A stretch of 64,000 bases of DNA from the IMG/VR virus record IMGVR_UViG_2030936005_000022, positions 1 through 64,000 of that record; one strand, given 5' to 3'. Below, piece by piece: positions 32,907 through 42,053 of this stretch (its first letter is position 1; each line of letters begins with the position of its first letter). Source of the DNA: an uncultured virus (IMG/VR IMGVR_UViG_2030936005_000022) (taxonomy: Duplodnaviria; Heunggongvirae; Uroviricota; Caudoviricetes). The position numbers were made by a program, and so were the translations under genes. The notes below the pieces were generated by a model. The model saw only the letters and a program-made list of their open reading frames with translations. It did not search any database and was not told where the DNA came from.

Positions 32907-33347
32907 TTATCTTCCTTTCTTCTTCTGGAACTGCTTCACAGCTTTTACAATACTGCTACACATTCGCTTGGTCAAATACAATTCACAGTCTTCTACATCA
33001 ATGTATTTGAACTTATCAAGTTCAGGCTTTGTTTGACCGTACTTATTTGTGTAAGTACTAATACATTTTAGTTCTTTCGGTTCTGGCTTATATTTAGCGG
33101 TGTAATAAAATAATATAAGACGTTTTCCTTTTCTATACGATACATCACCAATCAAAAGGAGATCTTTTTCATCAATCTTAAAACTGGTTTCTTCATAACA
33201 CTCCCGAACAGCCGCTTCTGCATAGCTTTCTTCACCTTCAGCTTTTCCTTTAGGTAAATCCCAATGCTCTTGTCCAGTAGTGTGACCTATAAGTATCTGA
33301 CCATCACGATAAAAAATTATTCCGCATGTGTATCGCATATTTTTCAT
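32907..33347 (-). CDS. Nudix hydrolase (T4 NudE-like)
   Basis: WDLPKGKAEGEESYAEAAVRECYEET. Confidence 0.9.
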   Translation of the reverse strand: MKNMRYTCGIIFYRDGQILIGHTTGQEHWDLPKGKAEGEESYAEAAVRECYEETSFKIDEKDLLLIGDVSYRKGKRLILFYYTAKYKPEPKELKCISTYTNKYGQTKPELDKFKYIDVEDCELYLTKRMCSSIVKAVKQFQKKKGR

Positions 33348-33372
33348 CTCAATTAAATCATCAGATACCTAT

Positions 33373-33401
33373 AGTATATCACATTTTTTTCATTTTGTCC
33401 C
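33373..33401 (-). promoter_or_regulatory. Conserved phage promoter, copy 3
   Basis: Minus strand GGGACA-AAATGAAAAAAATGTGA-TATACT. Confidence 0.75.
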
Positions 33402-33405
33402 GATT

Positions 33406-34530
33406 TTATGCGAACATTTTAGCGACTTCAACCGTGCGTAGGTTTGCAACGTAAGAACGGATATTCTTAGGCTCTAGCTCACCATCTTTTACCATCTGAT
33501 CAATGTCGCCAATAACAGTACCTTCATACTTGTCATAAACCTTGACGATTAGTTCTTCTAGTTCACCATCAACGGTACGTTGAATGTTGAAGTATTCTAG
33601 TACTTTGTATAGGAACTCTTCACCGCCTTGGTTATGAATGTTCATTCTGGATAGTACATCTACCATTTGCTCAGGAGTCTTCTTCCTGAAGGTTTTGATC
33701 TCATCACCGAAAGTTTCAATGAATTTGTGGAACTTCACAAAACGTGCAGGTAGTTTAATCTGACCAACAGTGTAGTCTTTCTTTACATCAGCCGTTGTAC
33801 GGGATAGTAGGTAAGACCACATGAAATCCGCACTGTACGCCTCTGTGCTCATCGTAGCAAACTTATTGATAGCTTCACCGTCATCTTTATTGAAGCTCTC
33901 TAAGCCCGGTAGAATGCGTTTAATCGCACCCCATCCCTTTAGCTGAAAGATGAATGTACTTGGTAGACGCTCGGATAGTGCTTTCTCAAACTCAACGTAA
34001 ACGCGTTCTGGTGTTAGAGAATCAATCTCACCTTTTTTAACCATTTCCATTACCATAGCTTCAGTACTTTCATGTACTGTAAAATCACTATAACGAGTAG
34101 CAAAACGTGCTAGACGTAGTACACGTAGTGGATCTTCAGCAAAGTGTGGGCTGACATGACGTAGTACTTTTGCTTGTAGGTCGGCTTTACCATTATACGG
34201 GTCAACGTGTTTCTGGAATACCGGATCGTAAGCAATTGCGTTGATGGTTAGATCGCGACGGAATAGGTCTTGCTCTAGAGTAACACCTTCAGTCTCTACA
34301 GTGAAACCTTTGTATCCAGTTCCAGATTTACGCTCAACACGAGCTAGTGCATACTCATCACCTGCTGGGGATAGGAATACCGGGAAATCTGCTCCTACTT
34401 GTTGATATCCCTGTGAGATTAGATATTGAATATCACGCTCTTTTGCACCAACAAGTACATAATCTTTGTCTTTAGGTTTTAGGCCAAGTAGTTTGTCACG
34501 AACGAAGCCACCTACGATATATTTTTTCAT
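33406..34530 (-). CDS. cca: tRNA nucleotidyltransferase (CCA-adding enzyme)
   Basis: YIVGGFVRD, DKDYV, EYALAR, DLFRRDLTINAIA, EDPLRVLRLARF. Confidence 0.95.
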   Translation of the reverse strand: MKKYIVGGFVRDKLLGLKPKDKDYVLVGAKERDIQYLISQGYQQVGADFPVFLSPAGDEYALARVERKSGTGYKGFTVETEGVTLEQDLFRRDLTINAIAYDPVFQKHVDPYNGKADLQAKVLRHVSPHFAEDPLRVLRLARFATRYSDFTVHESTEAMVMEMVKKGEIDSLTPERVYVEFEKALSERLPSTFIFQLKGWGAIKRILPGLESFNKDDGEAINKFATMSTEAYSADFMWSYLLSRTTADVKKDYTVGQIKLPARFVKFHKFIETFGDEIKTFRKKTPEQMVDVLSRMNIHNQGGEEFLYKVLEYFNIQRTVDGELEELIVKVYDKYEGTVIGDIDQMVKDGELEPKNIRSYVANLRTVEVAKMFA

Positions 34531-34757
34531 TTATCACCCCTATTCCAGAATTTGTCCCATAGCGATTGTTCTTTCTTTTCGGCTTCTTCTTTTCTGCGTT
34601 TTCCACCATTGTATGCATCAGCGATATCAGATGGTAATAACCCAGCAGGTTTCTCATCAAAATTACGCCAACCATATTTGTCTTTCGGTGGGTAATAGTC
34701 ATCATATGGTGTACCATCACCGCCTAAGCCCCAATCTTCTTCTAGTACTGCAATCAT
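34527..34757 (-). CDS. Hypothetical protein
   Basis: ATG 34757 after RBS GGAG. Confidence 0.55.
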   Translation of the reverse strand: MIAVLEEDWGLGGDGTPYDDYYPPKDKYGWRNFDEKPAGLLPSDIADAYNGGKRRKEEAEKKEQSLWDKFWNRGDK

Positions 34758-34758
34758 A

Positions 34759-35184
34759 TTAGCTACTCCATAAGAAACCATCACAGGCTTCGATAATTTC
34801 TTTCACAAGTTGATAGTTTGAGTATTCTACACTAAGAAGGTTTTCAACGCAAGACTCTTGGAAGAATTCTTCCTCTGATTCAATATCTGAACGGATCGCT
34901 GCCTCGTTTTTCGATTCACAGGTTTTCGCGAAATGGTTAATTCCAAAGAAGTGTACAAATATAAATTTATTACTATAGATATAAAATGCCAGCCCATTCG
35001 GGTCTTTAGCGTAATCCACTTCATCTTCTACTAATGCAATATTAATAGTAATTCTGTGTGACATGGTATTGATGTAAAATTCAGTCAATTCATCAACTCT
35101 AATCCACTCATCTGGATCGTAGTCCAATCCAACTTTCTTAATATAGTTCAGTACTGAACGTAAATTCTCATTATTGATTAGCAT
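34759..35184 (-). CDS. Hypothetical protein (FFQES paralog family)
   Basis: 141 aa; RBS GGAGA. Confidence 0.6.
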   Translation of the reverse strand: MLINNENLRSVLNYIKKVGLDYDPDEWIRVDELTEFYINTMSHRITINIALVEDEVDYAKDPNGLAFYIYSNKFIFVHFFGINHFAKTCESKNEAAIRSDIESEEEFFQESCVENLLSVEYSNYQLVKEIIEACDGFLWSS

Positions 35185-35196
35185 CAGTTCTCCAAT

Positions 35197-35226
35197 AAAA
35201 AAAGGACACTCACTTGAATGTCCTTT
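35197..35226 (-). terminator. Intrinsic terminator
   Basis: AAAGGACA / TGTCCTTT inverted repeat with a T-run on the minus strand. Confidence 0.75.
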
Positions 35227-35234
35227 ATTCTACT

Positions 35235-35555
35235 TTACTCTTCCGTATCTGTCAAGTCAATTTTTTCATGACGTTTGGAAAGTTCTTTTCCTTTCTGACG
35301 TGCTAACATGGTTTCCACATTTTCAAATGCAATGGTAATACAATCATACATGTCATGACCTTGTGTACCACCTGTAATGCTTTTACCAACAACAATAACA
35401 TCAACGTCGAATTCATCATGTTTGATTACTTTTAGATTGACTTTAAGATTAAGGTCGTTCTTAGTGTTGAATTTATCCAATTTTGCCGCACAGTGCTCAA
35501 CATGCTCACGTAGTGCTTCGGTTACTTCAGTATTGATACCTTGAATATTAATCAT
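35235..35555 (-). CDS. hpf: Ribosome hibernation promoting factor (HPF/RaiA family)
   Basis: INIQGINTEVTEALREHV..KLDKF..DMYDCI..LARQKGK. Confidence 0.85.
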   Translation of the reverse strand: MINIQGINTEVTEALREHVEHCAAKLDKFNTKNDLNLKVNLKVIKHDEFDVDVIVVGKSITGGTQGHDMYDCITIAFENVETMLARQKGKELSKRHEKIDLTDTEE

Positions 35556-35565
35556 ACACAACTCC

Positions 35566-36489
35566 TTATAGGGAACTAAGAAGGATTTCAGCACGGTTTC
35601 CAACTTGTTTGAACCATAGTGAACCTTCTATTTCTTTTTTGAACTTACGAGGGTTTTCGTTCTTTACACTATTCCACAATTTCGTGAATTTGTCAAGTTT
35701 ATCGACACCCATAGTGAAAGCCATCTCGTATAAAATACGCTGTTGCTCTTTTGTGAGATTTACAGCATTTTTCCGTTGCAATAGTAAAGTGAAGTCATTG
35801 TAAGTACGGGTCATATCTTTCTTTAGTAGCTGTTTAGCTTCATAATCAGAAATACCTTTTTTGTACTTTATTGCGTCGGAATCCTTTTTACCTAAGTAAT
35901 GTCCATATCCGATGGTATAGTTGCCTTTAACATCTTTATAAGGATAGAACTTAGAATTTTTGTATGACGGACCAACTGTACCGCCAAGTAATTTGCGTTT
36001 TATCACAGCTTGAGATTCTTTCGAACCTTCAGCTTGTTTGATATAATCTACTACTTCTTTATCAAGATGATCGAAGTGAATAGTTACATCAGGTAGAATA
36101 ACAGACTTCAAATCATTCTCATTAGGTAAATGTACTGGTTTACTAACATGTAGTACTTTGATTCCCGAATTAACACGTTTAAACACGTCAATGTACGGGT
36201 ACATTTCAACATTCTCTGGCTTAAACTTTTGAGCGATTACCCAAAACGTATCCTTTGACTGTACAATATACTGTTTTCTGCTTTCCGTCTTATACACAGT
36301 TGCTTTTTGAATCGGCAATGTGGTAACGGGCGGTTGCTTTTGAATTTGAATAACTTGTGGTTTTATTTGTACACCTGAATTTGATGACGGTGTACTATCA
36401 TTGTGTTTATAACCAATATATCCAATAGCTCCAGCCACTAACAGAAAACTTATTAAAACATAAGTTTTGAGTTGTTGGAACGCTCTCAC
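35566..36489 (-). CDS. Membrane-anchored LysM + T4-lysozyme-like muramidase
   Basis: N-terminal TM helix; YIVQSKDTFWVIAQKF (LysM-like); EG..YKDVKGNYTIGYGH and SLWFKQVGNRA (GH24). Confidence 0.85.
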   Translation of the reverse strand: MRAFQQLKTYVLISFLLVAGAIGYIGYKHNDSTPSSNSGVQIKPQVIQIQKQPPVTTLPIQKATVYKTESRKQYIVQSKDTFWVIAQKFKPENVEMYPYIDVFKRVNSGIKVLHVSKPVHLPNENDLKSVILPDVTIHFDHLDKEVVDYIKQAEGSKESQAVIKRKLLGGTVGPSYKNSKFYPYKDVKGNYTIGYGHYLGKKDSDAIKYKKGISDYEAKQLLKKDMTRTYNDFTLLLQRKNAVNLTKEQQRILYEMAFTMGVDKLDKFTKLWNSVKNENPRKFKKEIEGSLWFKQVGNRAEILLSSL

Positions 36490-36586
36490 TGGTTTCTCCT
36501 ATGTTATGGAAACTCCGCACATCTGGACTCAGTTGAGGCCATGTTTGCACAAAGCCTCGTTGGACTTCCTACAATAGTCTATTTGA

Positions 36587-37168
36587 CTACTTCGAAACAT
36601 TGTTTAATGAATCTATGTGAATCGCTTTAAGAAGCTCATCACTCGATGTAAGAATTATAGCACCAATCTCTTCATCAGTGCAAGTACTAATTCCTGCATC
36701 CATGAACCGTTCGATGTTTTGTTGAACAAAAAACGGGACATTCTTTTCTAAGTGCTCGGTAAATCGAGAATCACTCAGTAAAATTGTGTGCATTTTTGGT
36801 AACACAGTTTTAAAACCACGTCGCACACATGTATGTATGATACTCTCTAATTGTGCAAGATCCATATAGGTTGCTAGAGATAATGATTGAAATGCCATGT
36901 CAAATGGTGACATTGGGGGAGGCATTTCTCGACAAATTACTTCAATAACACCAACAGTCAAATCGTTAACATCAAACTCAGGTCTTGAAACGGTTCGTAG
37001 TGATTCTAGTACCATATAAGATATAGAGGATAATGCAGTCTCATATGAGGGAAACGACATGTCCGGTAGTGTTTTGTCATGTACTGAAAAAATAGGATAG
37101 CCACTAGAAGAAGAAATACCTTCTATTGGCATACCCTTGTACATAACACAATAACGATATTTAGTCAT
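36587..37168 (-). CDS. Hypothetical protein
   Basis: ORF coupled to the upstream gene. Confidence 0.6.
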   Translation of the reverse strand: MTKYRYCVMYKGMPIEGISSSSGYPIFSVHDKTLPDMSFPSYETALSSISYMVLESLRTVSRPEFDVNDLTVGVIEVICREMPPPMSPFDMAFQSLSLATYMDLAQLESIIHTCVRRGFKTVLPKMHTILLSDSRFTEHLEKNVPFFVQQNIERFMDAGISTCTDEEIGAIILTSSDELLKAIHIDSLNNVSK

Positions 37169-37577
37169 AGTGTGTTCTTCCAATTGTGAAGTGGAAAGTA
37201 TATTTAGATTGTAATCCTAGCTCTGCTCGTATCTTCCGAAAGAACGGGACTTCAAAATCTATAAAACAGTACAATCCAGCTTTCTTTGGATCTTTCTTCA
37301 CATGAATGTACGGATAGTATCGTATCTTAACAACTTTACCATCATACTTTTTCCACACATCAGCGTTTGGTGGTTTTTCACCACGAACAATACTAACATG
37401 TGCTCCCCAAGAAGGGTCAGCTAAAGGAATGTGTAAATCAGTTCTAACAAAGTACTGGTAGTACTTAACTAACTCTTGGGGCAATTCTAGAATACACCAG
37501 AAATCCGTGTTCTTTTTCATACCAGAACGTGGAGGGTCGTATCTAATCACCCCTTCGATTTCAATGTATTCTTGCAT
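37161..37577 (-). CDS. 2H phosphoesterase superfamily protein
   Basis: Two HxS/T motifs: AHVSIV and FHFTIG. Confidence 0.75.
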   Translation of the reverse strand: MQEYIEIEGVIRYDPPRSGMKKNTDFWCILELPQELVKYYQYFVRTDLHIPLADPSWGAHVSIVRGEKPPNADVWKKYDGKVVKIRYYPYIHVKKDPKKAGLYCFIDFEVPFFRKIRAELGLQSKYTFHFTIGRTHYD

Positions 37578-37578
37578 T

Positions 37579-37719
37579 TTATAATCCGAATATCTGAAGT
37601 AGGGAATATAAGAATAGCACAGTTACCGCACCTAATGCAACTGTTAAGATTGGATTCATTTTCAACGACACTTGAAAGTTCAAGTAAGAAGCGAAAAGAA
37701 AATTACGAACATGTTTCAT
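37579..37719 (-). CDS. Small membrane protein (46 aa, absent from the ORF track)
   Basis: MKHVRNFLFASYLNFQVSLKMNPILTVALGAVTVLFLYSLLQIFGL; RBS AAGGA; fills the gap exactly. Confidence 0.65.
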   Translation of the reverse strand: MKHVRNFLFASYLNFQVSLKMNPILTVALGAVTVLFLYSLLQIFGL

Positions 37720-37735
37720 ATTTAGTCCTTGAATG

Positions 37736-37760
37736 AAAAAGCCCCAATTTTCATGGGGCT
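37736..37760 (-). terminator. Intrinsic terminator
   Basis: Minus strand AGCCCCA-TGAAAAT-TGGGGCT-TTTT. Confidence 0.75.
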
Positions 37761-37767
37761 ATGTTAC

Positions 37768-39291
37768 TTATCCGATGACCTTGTAGCGTGGTACATCAAT
37801 CGCTGCAAGCATAATAGATACTGGATCTACTTGCTCACCTGATAGGATGGCTTTTAGAATTGCTGGACTAAAACCAGAAACCATTGCAGTTCCAGTTTCA
37901 TCGAAGGTAACAGGGTTGTTACCAACACGACCATTTAGGTTCCAGAATACTACGTTAGGTAGTTTGTAACCAGCAGAAGCAAAAGCAGCTTTCGCATACT
38001 CATGGGCTGTTACATCCCAATTCCCTTCGTTTCCACCACCGTAAGTACAGTTGAATTCCATATCACTATAGATAATCATGTACTCAGGCATATCTTCTTG
38101 TGGTACATTTTGCTTCACAGCAACTTCTAGTACCTTTTCAAATGCCTTACCAATGTCAGTACTGCCACCCCAATATTCGTAACCTTCGTAATGACGTAGA
38201 TCATAATACTTCTGATAAATGTCTTTACCTTCGAGTACAAATAGTTGTGGTTCTTCACTGAAGGTCAAGAATACATCCTTGAATGCACCCTTTTGCTTAT
38301 CAGCAGTATAAAGAGATAGAGACATAGCTACATCTAAGCAGCTTAGTGATCCGGTTCCACCAGCAGAACAGCCCATAGAACCACTAGTATCACACATTGG
38401 TAGAATACTAGCACCGTTTAGGAAATCTGGTAGTGCATCCCACTGGCCGATTAGTACATTGTCACGATTGCAATTGTTGAACTTAGTAGTAATGTCGTAA
38501 GGGAACAATGCTCCCGCATTTACCTTGACTTCACCACTTGCAACTTTCTCTCCGAACGCAGTGAAACGTTCTTCATCGTTACGCATAAATGCAGCACGAT
38601 AACGGTTCATTGCTACTGATGGTACATGTGAGTACTCAATTGATGACCAATCACGTGCACACATGTTCTGCTCTACGGTAGAACTTAGTGAGGAAAGTAG
38701 CTTGCGGTACTGTTTCTCGTTCAAGTTCATTACTTGCATTAGTTCACGTGCAATTGTATTGTTTGCAATACGGTTCTGGTTCGCTACTGTATCCTTAGAT
38801 ACATTACCGTTTTTGTCTTTCTTTAGCTTATAGATGCGTGGCATCCATTTAGCACAAAGAGCATTACCAGCACGAAGATGTGCTTCGATGGTACGATACG
38901 CATCTAGTTTTACCTGTGGGTTGGTAAAGATTAGTAGATCATCCCAACGACCATACTCTGCGAGTACTGGAATGATTTCAGAAAGATCATCTTGATGATT
39001 TTCTTCCAAGAAACGAAGAATCTGACGAGTCGTTTCACGCTCACCTGCACCACCACGTACATCACGAACCCATAGGGTCATTTGTAGGGTTAGTTTACGG
39101 TTAGCGGCATACGCCTTTTCAAACGCAGTTTGGAATGTGGAGAAATCCTTACCACGTACTGCACCAAGGATCGCGAAGAGATCAACCAATGGGTTCAATG
39201 AACTCGCATGGGATACTGCACCGTTAGCGGTTACGCCTACGTTATCTTCAGCTTTGGTGTTTACATTTTGGACTGCATCTTTGAATGACAT
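37768..39291 (-). CDS. TROVE/Ro60-related VWA protein (DUF2828-like)
   Basis: RDVRGGAGER, YGRWDDL, AKWMPR, YSHVPSVAM, DTSGSM, SDMEF, VFWNL, VSGFSP. Confidence 0.8.
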   Translation of the reverse strand: MSFKDAVQNVNTKAEDNVGVTANGAVSHASSLNPLVDLFAILGAVRGKDFSTFQTAFEKAYAANRKLTLQMTLWVRDVRGGAGERETTRQILRFLEENHQDDLSEIIPVLAEYGRWDDLLIFTNPQVKLDAYRTIEAHLRAGNALCAKWMPRIYKLKKDKNGNVSKDTVANQNRIANNTIARELMQVMNLNEKQYRKLLSSLSSTVEQNMCARDWSSIEYSHVPSVAMNRYRAAFMRNDEERFTAFGEKVASGEVKVNAGALFPYDITTKFNNCNRDNVLIGQWDALPDFLNGASILPMCDTSGSMGCSAGGTGSLSCLDVAMSLSLYTADKQKGAFKDVFLTFSEEPQLFVLEGKDIYQKYYDLRHYEGYEYWGGSTDIGKAFEKVLEVAVKQNVPQEDMPEYMIIYSDMEFNCTYGGGNEGNWDVTAHEYAKAAFASAGYKLPNVVFWNLNGRVGNNPVTFDETGTAMVSGFSPAILKAILSGEQVDPVSIMLAAIDVPRYKVIG

Positions 39292-39352
39292 ATATTCTTC
39301 CTCTCAGAAATGGATAATTTGTTTGAGTGTTGACTCATTTCTTAATAACTTA

Positions 39353-39383
39353 ATTATATCACATAAAAAGCGGTTTGTCCCAA
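39353..39383 (-). promoter_or_regulatory. Conserved phage promoter, copy 4 (overlaps a terminator hairpin)
   Basis: Minus strand TTGGGACA-AACCGCTTTTTATGTGA-TATAAT; the -35 lies inside a GCGGTTTGT/ACAAACCGC inverted repeat. Confidence 0.8.
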
Positions 39384-39508
39384 GTTTTTGAAACAAACCG
39401 CATATTTTTTAGTCTTGTACGTTATACGTTGCTTTTAACTCAACTTTCGTCATGCATGAAATTTCTGCTGGGGTTAAATTCATACTAGCAGGAATCCAGT
39501 ACTGGTTA

Positions 39509-40795
39509 TTAATCCTCACATTTGAGAAGGAATTTATTATTAATTACTTTAAAGTGTACTGTTACACCATTAACTTTTGTAACACTTTTATATACATCTC
39601 CTTCACAAATTTTATGTTTGATAGATGCGTGGTCAGCAGATGCTAGTGCATCTTTAATGCTTTCGTACTCATCAAAGAAATACACGATATCACCCTGTGG
39701 AACTACAGTCAATCCTAGTAGTGCACAAAATTCTTGGAATTCAGCATCGTCAAAGAAACATTTATTATCAATATCCCAAACACGGAACGCAAAGAATGTA
39801 TGTTCAGTTAGTTCTTCACGGTTACCCTGAATACCCATTCCCATACATTCGCCTTGAATGGCTAGCTGACGATCATGAGCTACACAGTACTCTTTTAGAC
39901 GCTGTGGGATATCGTCTTTTAGGGCCGCTTTCCAGAAGTGAGATTCTGCATCAAATTTAAGTGCTAGGTTACGAGAACAAATTGCAATCTGACCATCTTC
40001 CCACTGGAAAGGATATGGTTTAACTTCAACGATTTCTAGTTCTTGAGTTTCCTCATTCCATGCACGTACTTCTTCATCCACTTTCTCAACAAAGAAATCT
40101 GGGTTAGAGAAGAATGCAATAGTTTGGCTAGAGCCATCTAGCTTTAGAGACTTACGGAAACCTACACCTTTCATGGTCTGAGAGTACTTACCAAAGATAT
40201 TCTGAACACGATCTTCATCAGTCTTAGGGATGGTAATAGGGAAGTTACCTGCACTCTTACATTTCTGTGCACCAGTACCGCCATTACGCTCATCAGGACG
40301 TTCGTACTTAGTAACGTTCAAGAATTCTTCAATACCATAACGTGATTCTTCTAGAATGGAAAGGATGAATTTTTCGTCAAGAACTGCAAATGTTGGTGCA
40401 TTGATAGATAAATTTTTTCCAAATTGTTCTGTCATAAAATCAGTTTGTCCAATTTTATACAATTCATTACTAAACATAGATACCGGGAGTGCTAGCCCTT
40501 GACTGACGACACCACGAAGTTTCTTGGTACGAAGACGGAAGCGACGTACACCAGCTTCATCAATCTTATCAGAACTACCAGTAAGAAATGCGAAGGTTGG
40601 GGTTTCTACTGGTACAAAAGAATCAATCTCAAGGAATACACAGTACTGACCAACTTCAAATTCACCTTTCTTGACTACAACATCCCAACCATCAACGGTT
40701 GCTTTTACAATCATATCCGCACCTTCAATCGGCTCAATAGCATTGATTTTACGAATAGTGACCAGTTTTCTTCCTTCTTTGATAAGTTCAGCCAT
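39509..40795 (-). CDS. RNA ligase, DRB0094/Rnl5-type with N-terminal OB domain
   Basis: RKLVTIRKI..IEGAD..GWDVVVKKGEF, IPKTDEDRVQN, KLDGSS, CSRN, QGE, EGDV, FKVINN. Confidence 0.9.
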   Translation of the reverse strand: MAELIKEGRKLVTIRKINAIEPIEGADMIVKATVDGWDVVVKKGEFEVGQYCVFLEIDSFVPVETPTFAFLTGSSDKIDEAGVRRFRLRTKKLRGVVSQGLALPVSMFSNELYKIGQTDFMTEQFGKNLSINAPTFAVLDEKFILSILEESRYGIEEFLNVTKYERPDERNGGTGAQKCKSAGNFPITIPKTDEDRVQNIFGKYSQTMKGVGFRKSLKLDGSSQTIAFFSNPDFFVEKVDEEVRAWNEETQELEIVEVKPYPFQWEDGQIAICSRNLALKFDAESHFWKAALKDDIPQRLKEYCVAHDRQLAIQGECMGMGIQGNREELTEHTFFAFRVWDIDNKCFFDDAEFQEFCALLGLTVVPQGDIVYFFDEYESIKDALASADHASIKHKICEGDVYKSVTKVNGVTVHFKVINNKFLLKCED

Positions 40796-41048
40796 TTAGT
40801 TTTCTCCAAAAGTGTTTAATAGTTTTGAGAAGAGGGTTGTTTACCTTAATCTCGACAATTTCAATATCTGCTGGTGGTTCTTCATACTTGTAGTACTGAA
40901 CACGTTGTATCTTATATGTGATGAATTCCTTCTTCTCAAAGCAGGAAGCTATCACGTATGGTTTATCGGTCCAGTACTGGATCTTTCTTAGTACTGGATT
41001 GATAACCAATTTTAACCTAGTTTTATGTACTCGATGAATATTAGTCAT
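40788..41048 (-). CDS. Hypothetical protein
   Basis: 86 aa, coupled ORF. Confidence 0.55.
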   Translation of the reverse strand: MTNIHRVHKTRLKLVINPVLRKIQYWTDKPYVIASCFEKKEFITYKIQRVQYYKYEEPPADIEIVEIKVNNPLLKTIKHFWRKLNG

Positions 41049-41397
41049 CAGTACCGCGTAGGATGTAATATGCCATGTACTCTGCGTGTGTACCTTGCAT
41101 TTGATCCTTACGAATCAGTCTACTACCAGAACAAAACATCTTAACACGACTTCTTTGTACTGGATTAGTACGATATATTTTAAAGCACCATCTACTCAAA
41201 AACGGTTCAGGATTTACTACATCTTCAAACGTTTTGAACTTTTTGGACATTCTCGGTTTTGTCATTTCTTTTTCAATTAACGAATAGAAATTATTTGGTT
41301 TAATCAAATGCAACAATTTCCAAGTATATCTCATGTTCAAGAAACGATTAAGATATTTTACATTTCTACGTTTTAACAAACGTCTACTTAGTGCCAT
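41041..41397 (-). CDS. Hypothetical basic protein
   Basis: Likely ATG 41397. Confidence 0.55.
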   Translation of the reverse strand: MALSRRLLKRRNVKYLNRFLNMRYTWKLLHLIKPNNFYSLIEKEMTKPRMSKKFKTFEDVVNPEPFLSRWCFKIYRTNPVQRSRVKMFCSGSRLIRKDQMQGTHAEYMAYYILRGTDD

Positions 41398-41398
41398 A

Positions 41399-41554
41399 TC
41401 AGTCAAGCATCTTAGCGATTTGTCCAGCAGTGAGGTATGCTAATGCAGCACACAACCACCAGTACCAACCATCGGTGTTAGTAATAAACCCATAACCACC
41501 AATCACTGATAGGAGAATGGCGAATGAGTACTTGAATGCATCTTTAGAGTTCAT
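41399..41554 (-). CDS. Small membrane protein (51 aa, absent from the ORF track)
   Basis: MNSKDAFKYSFAILLSVIGGYGFITNTDGWYWWLCAALAYLTAGQIAKMLD; RBS AAGGA. Confidence 0.65.
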   Translation of the reverse strand: MNSKDAFKYSFAILLSVIGGYGFITNTDGWYWWLCAALAYLTAGQIAKMLD

Positions 41555-42053
41555 TTATTTTTCCTTTATCAGCGAAGTATATTTGCACATTATACTGGCA
41601 ATCAGGGTCTCTGTCAAATGAATTTTGCCAAATATTCAATTTATGTATGAGCATTTTGAACTCATCGGAAACCAACTCGTTTACTTCGGATGAAAGAGTT
41701 GGTGAATAGTCAACTAAGGTTAATGCTTTTAATTCAACCTTACTAAAATCATATTGATTTTTGGTTTCCTGTGATGCTAAATGTGGTACTTCAATAACAT
41801 TTATAGAAAACAAATCAGTATTGAAGCTATAAATGTGTGCACATGCAACATAAGTTACCATGTGAAAAGTCTTTTTAGTACATTCAAGTTGTACCATATG
41901 ACCATCATACCATGACCAATCTTTTACTGGAAATCCTAATTCATCAAATAGCATAGTAGCATGTTCTTGGTTCATGCCCCAGATAGAATTACTACCAACT
42001 ATAAAATTCATTAGCATATCGAACTGATCGAATACTTCATCGTAATCATTCAT
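41544..42053 (-). CDS. Hypothetical protein
   Basis: 169 aa coupled ORF. Confidence 0.6.
   Translation of the reverse strand: MNDYDEVFDQFDMLMNFIVGSNSIWGMNQEHATMLFDELGFPVKDWSWYDGHMVQLECTKKTFHMVTYVACAHIYSFNTDLFSINVIEVPHLASQETKNQYDFSKVELKALTLVDYSPTLSSEVNELVSDEFKMLIHKLNIWQNSFDRDPDCQYNVQIYFADKGKINEL

Noticed and set aside
39409..39483. 24-codon minus-strand ORF MNLTPAEISCMTKVELKATYNVQD after the RNA ligase
   Set aside because: Too short and lacks a convincing RBS.
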